64,000 nt of DNA from Octopus sinensis (lineage: Eukaryota). The stretch spans positions 25,110,001 through 25,174,000 of the forward strand of contig NC_043000.1 in the NCBI RefSeq assembly GCF_006345805.1, written 5' to 3'. The position numbers and the translations under genes are program-made. The notes beneath the pieces are model-generated. The model had not been told where the DNA came from. It searched no databases and saw only the letters and a list, made by a program, of their open reading frames with translations. Below are positions 1-11,400 of the stretch, piece by piece (position 1 is the stretch's first letter; every line of letters begins with the position of its first letter).

Positions 1-230
1 GATGGCGATGCTGCTGACGATGATGCTGATGATGAAGATGACGACAACGATGACGACGACGATGATAATGGCCATGATGGCAATAATATCAGTAACAACA
101 ACAACAACACTCGGTGATGACAATGTTCCTTTTATTATTATCTTACCGGTAAAACATTATTTGTCATTGTTGTTCACATTTAGATTTCTTTCAGCTGATG
201 TTGTTGTTGTTATTGTTGTTGTTGTTTTTA
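1..230. repeat. Mixed trinucleotide microsatellite (GAT/GAC/AAC/GTT)
   Basis: Runs of gatgat, gacgac, aacaac and gttgtt; the 134-aa ORF is low-complexity translation. Confidence 0.85.
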
Positions 231-664
231 CCATTGTACCATTGTCAATGCCGTTACAAACTGTTCTCACTGGTGTTAGTGTTACCATGGCTATCGTTCT
301 CATTACGGCTACTCCAACTCCACTCGTAGTTATTCTTGTGTTTCTTCATGTTCTCAGGTGTCATTTTGAGACAATTCTTTTCCAACTGGATCATACTCTC
401 ATCTAATTTCCAATTAATATTTTATTCCGTTCTTTATTCTTCTGCGAGAAGATTACATTTCAGCACTGTGAACAGTGAAACCACTCGCAAGTCAATGAGA
501 CAGCATGCGATAGCCATGAGACAGCACCTAAATGGTAACTTGCACTGCTAAATGGTAGCTAAATATAACTCAGATCACATGCTATTGTTTATAAGAAGTC
601 GAAAACATTGGATAATGTAGTCTGGAATCTACCATGCCTGGATACTAAAGAGGTCATAGGTATT

Positions 665-1305
665 GGTATGGCTGTTGGATAAGAAGTTAGCTCCTCAACC
701 ACATAGTTCCGGGTTCAGTCTCACGGTGTAGCAGCTTGGGCAAGTGTCTTCTAACATAGCCTCAGGATGATAAAAAGCCTTCTGTGTGGATTTGGTGAAA
801 GGAAACTGAAAGAAGCCCATCGTATATATATATATATATATCACTGTGATAACTGTGACCGACCAGGCTATCAGATGTTGCTACACATCGCTGGTCACAA
901 TGCGCTTCACATTGTTTTAGCCTTCAAATGACGCCACCCCGTTGGCTAAGTGAGCAGGCCAACAGAAGAAAGAGTGAGAGAAAGTTGTGGCGAAAGAGTA
1001 AAGCAGGGATCGCCACCACCCTCTGCCGGAGCCTCGTGGAGCTTTAGGTGGTTTTGCTCACTAAACACTCACAATTCCCGGTCTGGGAATCGAAACCGCG
1101 ATCCTACAACCGTGAGTCCGCTAACCACTGGGCCATTGCACCTCCACACACACACATATATTATATATTCAAATATGAATTAGAAGTAGCATGATAAGTG
1201 TGTGTGTGTGTCTGTGTTTGTCTCTGGAAACCAGAGTTGGTGTGTTTACATCCCCGTAACTTAGCAGTTCGGCAATACAGACCAATAGAATAAGTACCAG
1301 CTGGT
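665..1305 (+). mobile_element. SINE family A, split by a nested SINE-B insertion
   Basis: 5' half at 665-835 (ggctgttggataagaag...gttccgggttcagtc...ggaaactgaaagaagccc). 3' half resumes at ~1200 (tgtctgtgtttgtc...tccccgtaacttagc...agaataagtacc). Matches full copies at 12599, 15439 and 33406. Confidence 0.85.
841..1147 (-). mobile_element. tRNA-derived SINE family B (tail type 1)
   Basis: Reverse complement starts gtggaggtgcaatggcccagtggttag...gtttcgattcccagaccggg (A- and B-box-like); collinear with the + copy at 13680-13936. Confidence 0.9.
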
Positions 1306-1333
1306 CTAGTTAAAGACTTGGATCATCTGTGCT

Positions 1334-1519
1334 TTGCATAAAGGCATCTTTCTGGGAGACACCCTGATTCCTTTTCTCTTTACAACCATTCCCTTAAACA
1401 AAATTCCAGACAAGGACCTCACCATCACAAAAGGGCGATCCTGGTTCCGTAGAAGTCTGAAACTCTTTGATGATGTTGAAAATATAGCTCTCGCAGCTCT
1501 CACAGCACTTCAAATGTGA
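1334..1519 (+). pseudogene. Degenerate non-LTR (RTE-like) reverse transcriptase fragment
   Basis: ORF GIFLGDTLIPFLF...LTITKGRS...DDVENIAL resembles the RT motifs GVLQGDTLAPFLF...FADDIAL. Confidence 0.5.
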
Positions 1520-1549
1520 AGTCATATTTGAGAATACTGATATTGGCAT

Positions 1550-2085
1550 CATGTAAAAAGAACCTGTGCAGGTGCCACATGAAAAGCATCCATGCAGGTG
1601 CCACATGAAATGCAACCATGCTGGTGCCACATGCAAAAGCATCCATGCTGGTGCCACATGAAAAGTATCCATACTGGTGCCACATGAAAAAGCATCTATG
1701 CTGGTGCCACATGAAAAGCATCCATATTGGTGCCACATGAAAAAAGTATCCATGCTGGTTCCACATGAAAAAGCATCCATGCTGGTTCCACATGAAAAAG
1801 CATCCATGCTGGTTCCACATGAAAAAATAATCATGCTGGTGCCACATGAAAATGCACCCATGCTATCATCACATGCAAAGTACCTGTACTCGTGACCCAT
1901 AACGTGCAATTGTGCCATGTAAAAAACACCCATGCTGGTTCCACATAGAAGGTACCCATGGTAGCATTATGTCAAATGTACCCATGCTGGTGTCACATAA
2001 AAAATACTCATACTGGCAACAGGTAGAAAGGACCCTTGCTAGTGTCACATACAAAGCTCTCAGGCTGGTACCACATGAGCAACAC
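1550..2085 (+). repeat. 24-25-bp minisatellite (ccatgctggtgccacatgaaaagcat), about 20 units
   Basis: Directly visible tandem units; best conserved at 1570-1870, degenerate towards 2085. The A-run length varies, so no reading frame is kept. Confidence 0.95.
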
Positions 2086-2268
2086 CCAGTACACTCTGCA
2101 AAGTGGTTGGCGTTAGAAACGGCATCCAGCCATAAAAACCATAGAAACCATGTCAAAGCAGACAACTGGAGCCTGGTGCATTTCCAGCAGGCCAGCATGG
2201 AAAACCCATGCCAGCCTAGAAAATGGATGTTATATGACGATGATGATGATGACGACGACGATGATGAT
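2086..2268 (+). mobile_element. Family F retroposon 3' end with (GAT)n tail
   Basis: gtggttggcgttagaaacggcatccagc...ggagcctggtgca...(gat/gac)n; the same motif occurs at 2752-3000 (-), 7205-7400 (-) and 7500-7688 (+). Confidence 0.8.
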
Positions 2269-2438
2269 GTGGCTGAAGCCAACCTGTTTGTTAATGCAAA
2301 GAAAATTGAGCACATGACCATCAATAACAATAAAAGCCATCTGTCATGTAGTGAAAAGGTTTGAGAAAATAATTTGACGTGATGAAATTGTAGCGAAAAA
2401 TATTAAAAGAAGTAAACTGCACAGAAATTTTATGTCAT

Positions 2439-2475
<37 letters not shown>

Positions 2476-2695
2476 TACACACACATATATATATATATAA
2501 GAAATAAAATGACAGACCAGTTTCGTTTATGCTTATCATGACTACATAGTTAGTGATGTTACAATTTCATGCTATCATTAATAAGTTTCCATGTTAGCAG
2601 CGGAAGGATTTTTTGTAAATGAATCCGCAGGCAATAAAAATATATATGGGTATAAATACACACCACACACACACACACATATATATATACATACA

Positions 2696-2727
<32 letters not shown>

Positions 2728-2751
2728 ATATAACATACATATATATATATA

Positions 2752-3000
2752 TCATCATCATCATCATCATCATCGTTTAACGTCCGTTTTCGCGCTAGCA
2801 CGGGTTGGACGGTTTTCGACCGGGTCTCTGGGAGCTCGGGACTGCCCCAGCTCCAGTCTAGTCTGGCAGTGTTTCTACAGCTGGATGCCCTTCCTAACGC
2901 CAACCACTCCGCGAGTGTAGTGGGTGTTTTTTACGTGGCCACCTGCACAGGTGCCAGAGGGGTCTGGCATCGGCCACGTTCGGATGGTGCTTTTTATGGG
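2752..3000 (-). mobile_element. Family F retroposon copy
   Basis: (atc)n, then cgtttaacgtccgttttc...ctggatgcccttcctaacgccaaccactcc (reverse complement of the family motif). Confidence 0.85.
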
Positions 3001-3468
3001 GGGGGGGGTGCAGAAATATAGGGGAGCACCAGTGGGAGGGGTGGTTCAGAGGACAGGTACTAGGCAAGTAGAACGTAGATATCGAGAGAGGGGTAATGCA
3101 TGGTGAAATAGCGTATTGAAGAGGGGGGTTCAAAGAGTAGACACCTATAATGGTGGTGGGGGGGTGCAGAAATTAGGTGAGTACCAGTGGAGGGGTGTTC
3201 AGAGGACAGGTTCTAGGCAAGTAGAACGTAGGATATCGAGAGAGGGGTAATGCATGGTGAATAGCGTATTGAAGAGGGGGGTTCAAAGAGTAGACACCTA
3301 TAATGGTGGTGGGAGGGGTGCAGAAATTAGGGGAGCACCATTGGGAGGGGTGGTTCAGAGGAACAGGTTCTAGGCAAGTAGAACGTAGGATGCGAGAGAG
3401 GGGTAATGCATGGTGAAATAGCGTATTGAAGAGGGGGGTTCAAAAAGTAACACCTATAATGGTGGTGG
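3000..3468 (+). repeat. Three tandem copies of a ~155-bp G-rich unit
   Basis: gtgcagaaat recurs at 3008, 3164 and 3318 with collinear sequence between. Confidence 0.95.
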
Positions 3469-3914
3469 ATAAACGACATCCGGTATAGTTGGAGCAAATA
3501 GAGATATCCGGTATTGGTGGTGGGGGTGGGTAGTCGGGCGCGCCGCGAAGAATCGGCAGCGCGAAGAATCGCAGCCATTTCTATCAGCCCTGTAAGGGAG
3601 ATAGATCTTAAATATCTATAACGATAACTGTGAATTATACAGAAATGCAAAAACGAGGCGAGGCTGAAATAGTAAACAGAGTGGCGACTAGGGGATCATA
3701 ATAATAATAATTAATAATAATAATAATAAATCGAGATACGGGATGAATTAAGTTCAAAGATTTCTTATCTTGGGATCACTCAACGGTTCGTAGACAGACT
3801 TGGCAAAAGGAATTCGGATCAAGATACACACACACACACACACACCAACACACACACACACCACACACACAAGCCACAACACACAGCTTATATAGCTCAA
3901 ATAGTTTTTATTAT

Positions 3915-4122
3915 CTCTCTGTTTATTTCATCGTGTTCCTTTCTGATGAAGAGCGCAGGATCGAAACGTAAAAGATTTCCCCACCTTCCCGAGCGTTAAA
4001 CTTATATCCCTGTTTGTTGTTTATACACCTGTCTTCGTCTTTTAAGTGATAAAGTCTTTAACATTTCGAGTCTGCGCTCTTCCACAGAACGGAACACAGA
4101 AAGAAACAAGGAGAGAAAATAA
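3915..4122. ncRNA. Tail-to-tail inverted pair of minimal hammerhead-like motifs
   Basis: Plus arm tttCTGATGAagagcgcaggatcGAAAcgtAaaa (core at 3943). Minus arm reads ttCTGTGGAagagcgcagactcGAAAtgttaaa (core at 4081-4087, mutated). Confidence 0.6.
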
Positions 4123-4454
4123 AGAATGTGAGTGGCTAGCGATCTATCATGGCGAATGATATATAATATATATATTCGTTGGTGTAAAGGTAACACACTT
4201 AGTCGCGTTAAGAAGGGGATATGGGTTCAACTTCCATGCGGATAGAAAACCCTTCTTTTTTCTGTCGAGGGCTTATATGCCCTTTATTAGACTATTTTCC
4301 TTAGTCATTGCACGGTGTTCGCCGTGTAAGCTTTAAGCTATATAAAAAATACCATTATTATTTACAGGATTGAAACGCTGCGCCAGTAAAAAATTTTTTC
4401 GCACCAAAAGCATATATATATATATAATATATATATATTATATATATATGTATG

Positions 4455-4488
<34 letters not shown>

Positions 4489-4571
4489 CTATATATATTA
4501 TATATATTATTAATTTATATATGTATGTATGTATATATAGATATATAATTATATATAATATCTGTATGTAG

Positions 4572-4606
<35 letters not shown>

Positions 4607-4766
4607 TATATATATATGTATGTATGTATATATATTATATATATTATGTATGTATATTACTATATATGTAATGTATCTATATATATATATGTATGTATAT
4701 TATATATAATATATATGTATGTATATAATAATATATGTATGATAATATATATATATATATATGTAG

Positions 4767-4811
<45 letters not shown>

Positions 4812-4813
<2 letters not shown>

Positions 4814-6319
4814 CGACTCTTAATCTGTCTCTTTTCTCTCTCTCTCTCTCCCCCTTATTCCACTTCCTTTCTTTCCCTCTCCATCCTTTCCCCCCCCCTT
4901 TCTACGTTTCTCTATCTCTCTCACCTCCCCCCCCTCGATCTGTCTCTTCTTTCTCTCCTCCCTCGGCCACCTTCTCCCTTTTCATCTGTCCCTTTCTCCT
5001 GTCTTTTGTTCTCACGTGACAGCTAGCGCTGTTGAGCGCTCTTTCGTTTTCAGCAGCCTCAGAAGAACACGTATTTGTTCCGTCTCCCCGTGGCCTTTAG
5101 GCACAACTTCACAAGCCAGCCCCTACTCAAATCGTCCTGTCGAAAGACCCTTGTCCTACGTCCTGGTTTTGTTTTTGTTGTTTATTTTTTATTTTAGACC
5201 GTTATTGTTTTTACGTTTTTGTATTCTTATTGGTGTCACGTATTCTTATTTTTGTTTGTGTACTTCGATCGTTTTCCGTCCTTTCGTTGTATCGCTTTCC
5301 GATCAATCTTGTTTCGAACATTCGAAGCTTTCTTCCGGGGATCTAATGCGCTTGGCTTAGATTTCCCTTGGCGGCTGGCCATATCGGGAGCATCTCAAGA
5401 TTAATCAGCCGAAATTGCTAAGATGATCTGGTTCTTGACTGATGACTGAGGCTTCGAATGTCCCGTCCTGTGGTTCTTGTGTCGTCCCTCTGTGGTTTTT
5501 CATGTTCTTGTCCATGTCTGTAATTAATTTTACTGTTTACCTATATAATCGGCGGCGCGGCTACGTATCCACATTGTCCTTTATCGATAAGTATATTTTT
5601 TTCTCAAGCTTGATACGACTCTTAATCTGTCTCTTTTTCTCTCTCTCTCTTCTCCTCCCTTATTCCACTTCCTTTCTTTCCCTCTCCATCCGTTCCCCCC
5701 CCCTTTCTACGTTTCTCTATCTCTCTTCACCTCCAGCCCCCTCGATCTGTCTCTTTCTCTCCTCCCTCGTCACCTCTCTTCCCTTTTCATCTGTCCTTTC
5801 TCCTGTCTTTGTGTCTCACGTGACAGCTAGCCGCGTTGAGCGCTTCTTTTTTCGTTTTCAGCAGCCTCAGAAGCAACACTATTTGTTCGTCTCCCCGTGG
5901 CCTTTAGGCACAACTTCACAGCCAGCCCCTACTCAAATCGTCCTGTCGAAAGACCCTTGTCCTACGTCCTGGTTTTGTTTTTGTTGTTTTTTTTTATTTT
6001 TACCGTTTTGTTTTTACGTTTTTGGTATTCTTATTGGTGTCCGTATTCTGTATTTTGTTTGTGTACTTCGATCGTTTTCCGTCCTTTCGTTGTATACATT
6101 CGAAGCTTTCTTCCAGGGGATCTAATGCGCTTGGCTTAGATTTCCCTTGGCGGGCGGCCATATCGGAGCAATCTCAGATTACTCAGCCGAAATTGCTAAG
6201 AATGATCTGGTTCTTGACTGATGACTGAGGGCTTCGAATGTCCCGTCCTGTGGTTCTTGTGTCGTCTCTGTGGTGTTTCATGTTCTTGTCCATGTCTGTA
6301 TTAATTTTAACTGTTTACC

Positions 6320-6320
<1 letters not shown>
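4812..6320 (+). repeat. ~0.75-kb tandem duplication containing unclassified repeat family E
   Basis: atacgactcttaatctgtctc at 4812 and ~5613; both copies end gtttacctatata. A homologue of the 3' part lies at 54160-54620. Confidence 0.9.
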
Positions 6321-6355
<35 letters not shown>

Positions 6356-6879
6356 AGTATATATATATATATTATATATATATATATATTATAATGTATG
6401 TATATATATATATATATAATATATATATATATAATATGCATATATGTGTGTGCAGCAACGGAGCTTGCTATTCTTGAAATATCTGATTAGCTATCATCTC
6501 TTGCACGGCCTACATTTTGGCACTCTAATTATATCATATTGATAATTCTTTCTCAATGTACTTTAATTATAAGATATGTACTTTTTATATGTCACAGTCA
6601 CACAGATGTATTACACTTAGCATACATACGGCTGCCATGATGCTGCCAGGAAATCCACATTATGACCTTTCCAATTATTTTCGTCTTTCCACTTATCAAT
6701 AAAATGCTTGATGGGTGTAGTGTTTTTTTTTACTTAGGAAAAATTCCAGATATATATATGTATGTATATATATATATGTATGTATTATATATATTATATA
6801 TATATATTAATATATAAATGTTGTGTGTGTGTACGTGTGTGTGTGTACACCCACGCATTCTAAACTATTATATATCACC

Positions 6880-6986
6880 ATTGTCGTCAGCATTGTCATT
6901 GTTGTCGTCATCATCACCACCATCATCTTCTTCTTCTACTACTACTTCTTCTTCGTCTTCTTTTTCTTCTTCGTCTTCTTTTTCTT

Positions 6987-7017
<31 letters not shown>

Positions 7018-7200
7018 TGCTGCTGCTGCTTCTGCTTCTTCTTCTGTATCATCATCATCATCATCACCATCATCGTCATCATTGTCACCACCATCACCAC
7101 CACCACTACCACCATCATCATCATCGTCATCGTCATCATCATCGTCGTCGTCATCGCCATCATCATCATCACCACCACCACCACCATCACCATCTTTGTT
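6880..7200. repeat. Compound (ATC/TTC/TCG/ACC)n trinucleotide tract (duplicate at 9600-9910)
   Basis: Visible tract directly at the 3' tail of the minus-strand family F copy at 7205-7400. Confidence 0.9.
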
Positions 7201-7442
7201 ATTGTTTTAATGCTCATTTTTCCTTGCTTGCATGGGTGAGACAGAATTTGTTGAGATGGATTTTCTATGGGGCTTGATGCACCTCCTGTCGTCAACCCTC
7301 ACCTGTTGCCAAGTAAGGTAATATTTCCCTACGACTGCACAGGGAAGATTAGAAATGAACACCATTTGCATGACAATAATGCTCGTTTGCAACGAGGGTA
7401 TCACAGATGCACACACATACATACGTGCATACACACATACAA

Positions 7443-7496
<54 letters not shown>

Positions 7497-7821
7497 CCAT
7501 GCTGTTGTCACGTAAAAAGCTCCTGAGCTGGTAACACGTAAAAAAAAGCACCCAATGCTCCCTGTAAAGTGGCTGGCGTTAGAGAGAGAATCCAGCTATA
7601 GAAACCATGCCAAAACAGACGTCTGGCGTCTGGTACAGCTCCCTGGCTTGCCACCTCCTTATCAAACGAACATTAAATGATGATGATATAGCGAACGCTA
7701 AATGAATATATATATATAGTATTATTGTTCTTTCTTACGAAAAATACAGAACTGCTTAAGAAGTGCTCTGGGCGAACCCGAGACAAAAGATAAGTGTCAA
7801 CAATGTGATTTTATGAGGATA

Positions 7822-7917
7822 CTTTTCCTGATGAAGGGGACATTGTCCGCATGGTTTGTAAGATTTTTTATTAATTTTTCTACCAAGACATGAACTCTGG
7901 AAACGGCCGTAGAAAGT
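7822..7917 (+). ncRNA. Candidate type-I hammerhead with long stem II (duplicate at 10579-10673)
   Basis: cttttcCTGATGA (7828)...GAAAcggccgtA gaaag. Stem I uuuuc/gaaag; palindromic stem III ACGGCCGU; GUA site; ~65-nt stem II domain with a non-canonical closing pair. Confidence 0.5.
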
Positions 7918-8652
7918 GGACTTCCTCGAGCTGTGTCATATACCTTATATATCATTCATATATTTTAAAAAAACACATCGAACTCTATGGATCTTTTAAC
8001 TGAAATATGAAACCCATTATTCAGCAAGATGGAGCACCTCCACATTATGCGTTGACAGTAACAGACTACCTTAACCAAGCCTTTTTACAGTGTTGGTTTG
8101 GAAGATGCTTTACAATTTAGTTTCTTTACAAATTAGTTTCTACACTGCCCGATTTGTCTAGTGTGCATGTATTCGGATTTCTGAATGAACATGTTCCTTT
8201 GGTTTGGTTGGTGAGTGTATATGATAAAATTATTTTCAAACACATTGTGTAATATTAACAACTAATTTCTAAAATTGTATCTGTTTAAATAATTTTTCTA
8301 TATCAACGTAAAATCTAATGTGACAAGAAACTTCATAACTATCATAGACCAAAACACTTCCTTTCTGCCCATAGATACAGCAAATATTTTTAACATGTAG
8401 TCTTAAAATTAACTAAGGTTGCACAATGAGTATGAAAAAAAATCTCACATATTTTTTACTTCAAGTTTAAAGATTAATTTATATCGCTTTGAACTCTATT
8501 AGTTCGTTCGTTATTCATTTCATTTCGCAGTTGTGCTTTAAAGAAGCTAAATAATTTTTTTATAAAATCTTAAGTTTGGTGTGTTATTTGTTATTTGAAT
8601 ACTTAACAAAATTTGCGAATCAACAATTTTCAGTATTTTTGATTTTTAGATA

Positions 8653-9049
8653 CAGGGTGCGTCAGTTTTTTTGAGGACACCTCTTTTAAGAACTCTAACT
8701 TTTCTAACATATTTTTTACCTTTTTAGATAAATGTCAGACATCAGGCTGGCCCAGCAAATTAAAAGGTAATTTGTAATCGTTGTCTTAAATGCACTGAAA
8801 GTTGTCCGATCCTTTGTTTTCAAAGTTCGAAAGGCGCTGGAAGCTGCTGACAGGGATCCAACGTCTGCAGCTAAACACAGAACACATGCACTGGATTCTA
8901 ATACCATAAGAACACAGGGATATGTCAAAAAGTTCAAGAAATAATTAATTAAAACTCCGGAAAGTTAATAGAGCCATTGCAGAGGACCTCAAAGTTTCAG
9001 AATGCGCCATCAGAAGAGCTGTGCATGAAGACATCCAGGACATTCAGAC
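8653..9049 (+). mobile_element. 5' part of the maT transposon, truncated by the gap
   Basis: TA + cagggtgcgtcagtttt TIR; near-identical to 11401-11790. Confidence 0.85.
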
Positions 9050-9149
9050 NNNNNNNNNNNNNNNNNNNNNNNNNNNNNNNNNNNNNNNNNNNNNNNNNNN
9101 NNNNNNNNNNNNNNNNNNNNNNNNNNNNNNNNNNNNNNNNNNNNNNNNN
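9050..9149. other. Assembly gap (100 N)
   Basis: Exactly 100 n characters, typical of an unsized scaffold gap. Confidence 0.99.
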
Positions 9150-9700
9150 TATATATATATGCATATATGTGTGTGCAGCAACGGAGCTTGCTATTCTTGA
9201 AATATCTGATTAGCTATCATCTCTTGCACGGCCTACATTTTGGCACTCTAATTATATCATATTGATAATTCTTTCTCAATGGCTTTAATTATAAGATATT
9301 CTTTTTATATGTCACAGTCACACAGATGTATTACACTTAGCATACATACGGCTGCCATGATGCTGCCAGGAAATCCACATTATGACCTTTCCAATTATGT
9401 TCGTCTTTCCACTTATCAATAATGCTTGATGGGTGTAGTGTTTTTTTTTTACTTAGGAAAAATTCCAGATATATATATGTATGTAATATATATATGTATG
9501 TATTATATATATTATATATATATATTAATATATAAATGTTGTGTGTGTGTACGTGTGTGTGTGTACACCCCGCATTCTAAACTATTATATATCACCATTG
9601 TCGTCAGCATTGTCATTGTTGTCGTCATCATCACCACCATCTCTTCTTCCTACTACTACTTCTTCTTCGTCTTCTTTTTCTTCTTCGTCTTCCTTTTCTT

Positions 9701-9731
<31 letters not shown>

Positions 9732-10175
9732 TGCTGCTGCTGCTTCTGCCTTCTTCTCTGTATCATCATCATCATCATCACCATCATCGTCATCATTGTC
9801 ACCACCATCACTACCACCATCATCATCATCGTCATCGTCATCATCATCGTCGTCGTCGTCATCGCCATCATCATCATCATTATCATCATCACCACCACCA
9901 TCACCATCTTTGTTATTGTTTTAATGCTCATTTTTCCTTGCTTGCATGGGTGAGACAGAATTTGTTGAGATGGATTTTCTATGGGGCTTGATGCACCTCC
10001 TGTCGTCAACCCTCACCTGTTGCCAAGTAAGGTAATATTTCCCTACGACTGCACAGGGAAGATTAGAAATGAACACCATTTGCATGACAATAATGCTCGT
10101 TTGCAACGAGGGGTATCACAGATGCATACACATACATACGTGCATACACACATACAAAGTTTCACACACATACAA

Positions 10176-10231
<56 letters not shown>

Positions 10232-11400
10232 ATCCATGCTGTTGTCACGTAAAAAGCCCCTGAGCTGGTAACACGTAAAAAAAAGCACCCAATGCGCCCT
10301 GTAAAGTGGCTGGCGTTAGAGAGAGAATCCAGCCATAGAAACCATGCCAAAACAGACGTCTGGCGTCTGGTACAGCTCCCTGGCTTGCCACCTCCTTATC
10401 AAACGAACATTAAATGATGATGATATAGCGAACGCTAAATGAATATATATATATATATTATATATCTATATATATATATTATTGTTCTTTCTTACGAAAA
10501 ATACAGAACTGCTTAAGAAGTGCTCTGGGCGAACCCGAGACAAAAGATAAGTGTCAACAATGTGATTTTATGAGGATACTTTTCCTGATGAAGGGGACAT
10601 TGTCCGCATGGTTGTAAGATTTTTTATTAATTTTTCTACCAAGACATGAACTCTGGAAACGGCCGTAGAAAGTGGACTTCCTCGAGCTGTGTCATATACC
10701 TTATATATCATTCATATATTTTAAAAAAACACATCGAACTCTATGGATCTTTTAACTGAAATATGAAACCCATTATTCAGCAAGATGGAGCACCTCCACA
10801 TTATGCGTTGACAGTAACAGACTACCTTAACCAAGCCTTTTTACAGTGTTGGTTTGGAAGATGCTTTACAATTTAGTTTCTTTACAAATTAGTTTCTACA
10901 CTGCCCGATTTGTCTAGTGTGCATGTATTCGGATTTCTGAATGAACATGTTCCTTTGGTTTGGTTGGTGAGTGTATATGATAAAATTATTTTCAAACACA
11001 TTGTGTAATATTAACTAATTTCTAAAATTGTATCTGTTTAAATAATTTTTCTATATCAACGTAAAATCTAATGTGACAAGAAACTTCATAACTATCATAG
11101 ACACAAACACTTCCTTTCTGCCCATAGATATAGCAAATATTTTTAACATGTAGTCTTAAAATTAACTAAGGTTGCACAATGAATATGAAAAAATTCTCAT
11201 ATTTTTACTTCAAGTTTAAAGATTAATTTATATCGCTTTGAACTCTATTAGTTCGTTCATTATTCATTTCATTTTGCAGTTGTGCTTTAAGGAAGCTAAA
11301 TAATTTTTTATAAAATCTTAAGTTTGGTGTGTTATTTGTTATTTGAATACTTAACAAAATTTGCGAATCAACAATTTTCAGTATTTTTGATTTTTAGATA

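Noticed and set aside
4616-5026. Long YI/MYVC/SLSL/HTHT ORFs here and throughout (e.g. 24793-25728, 26063-26782, 47445-48056, 55435-56207)
   Set aside because: Translations of di- and tetranucleotide microsatellites that lack stop codons by composition.
5400-5465. gccgaaa...ctgatga in family E as a type-II hammerhead
   Set aside because: Stems I and II do not pair, and the homologue at ~54510 does not restore them.
6818-7295. Poly-Ser, poly-His and poly-Lys ORFs
   Set aside because: All frames of one trinucleotide tract that is the expanded tail of a family F retroposon.
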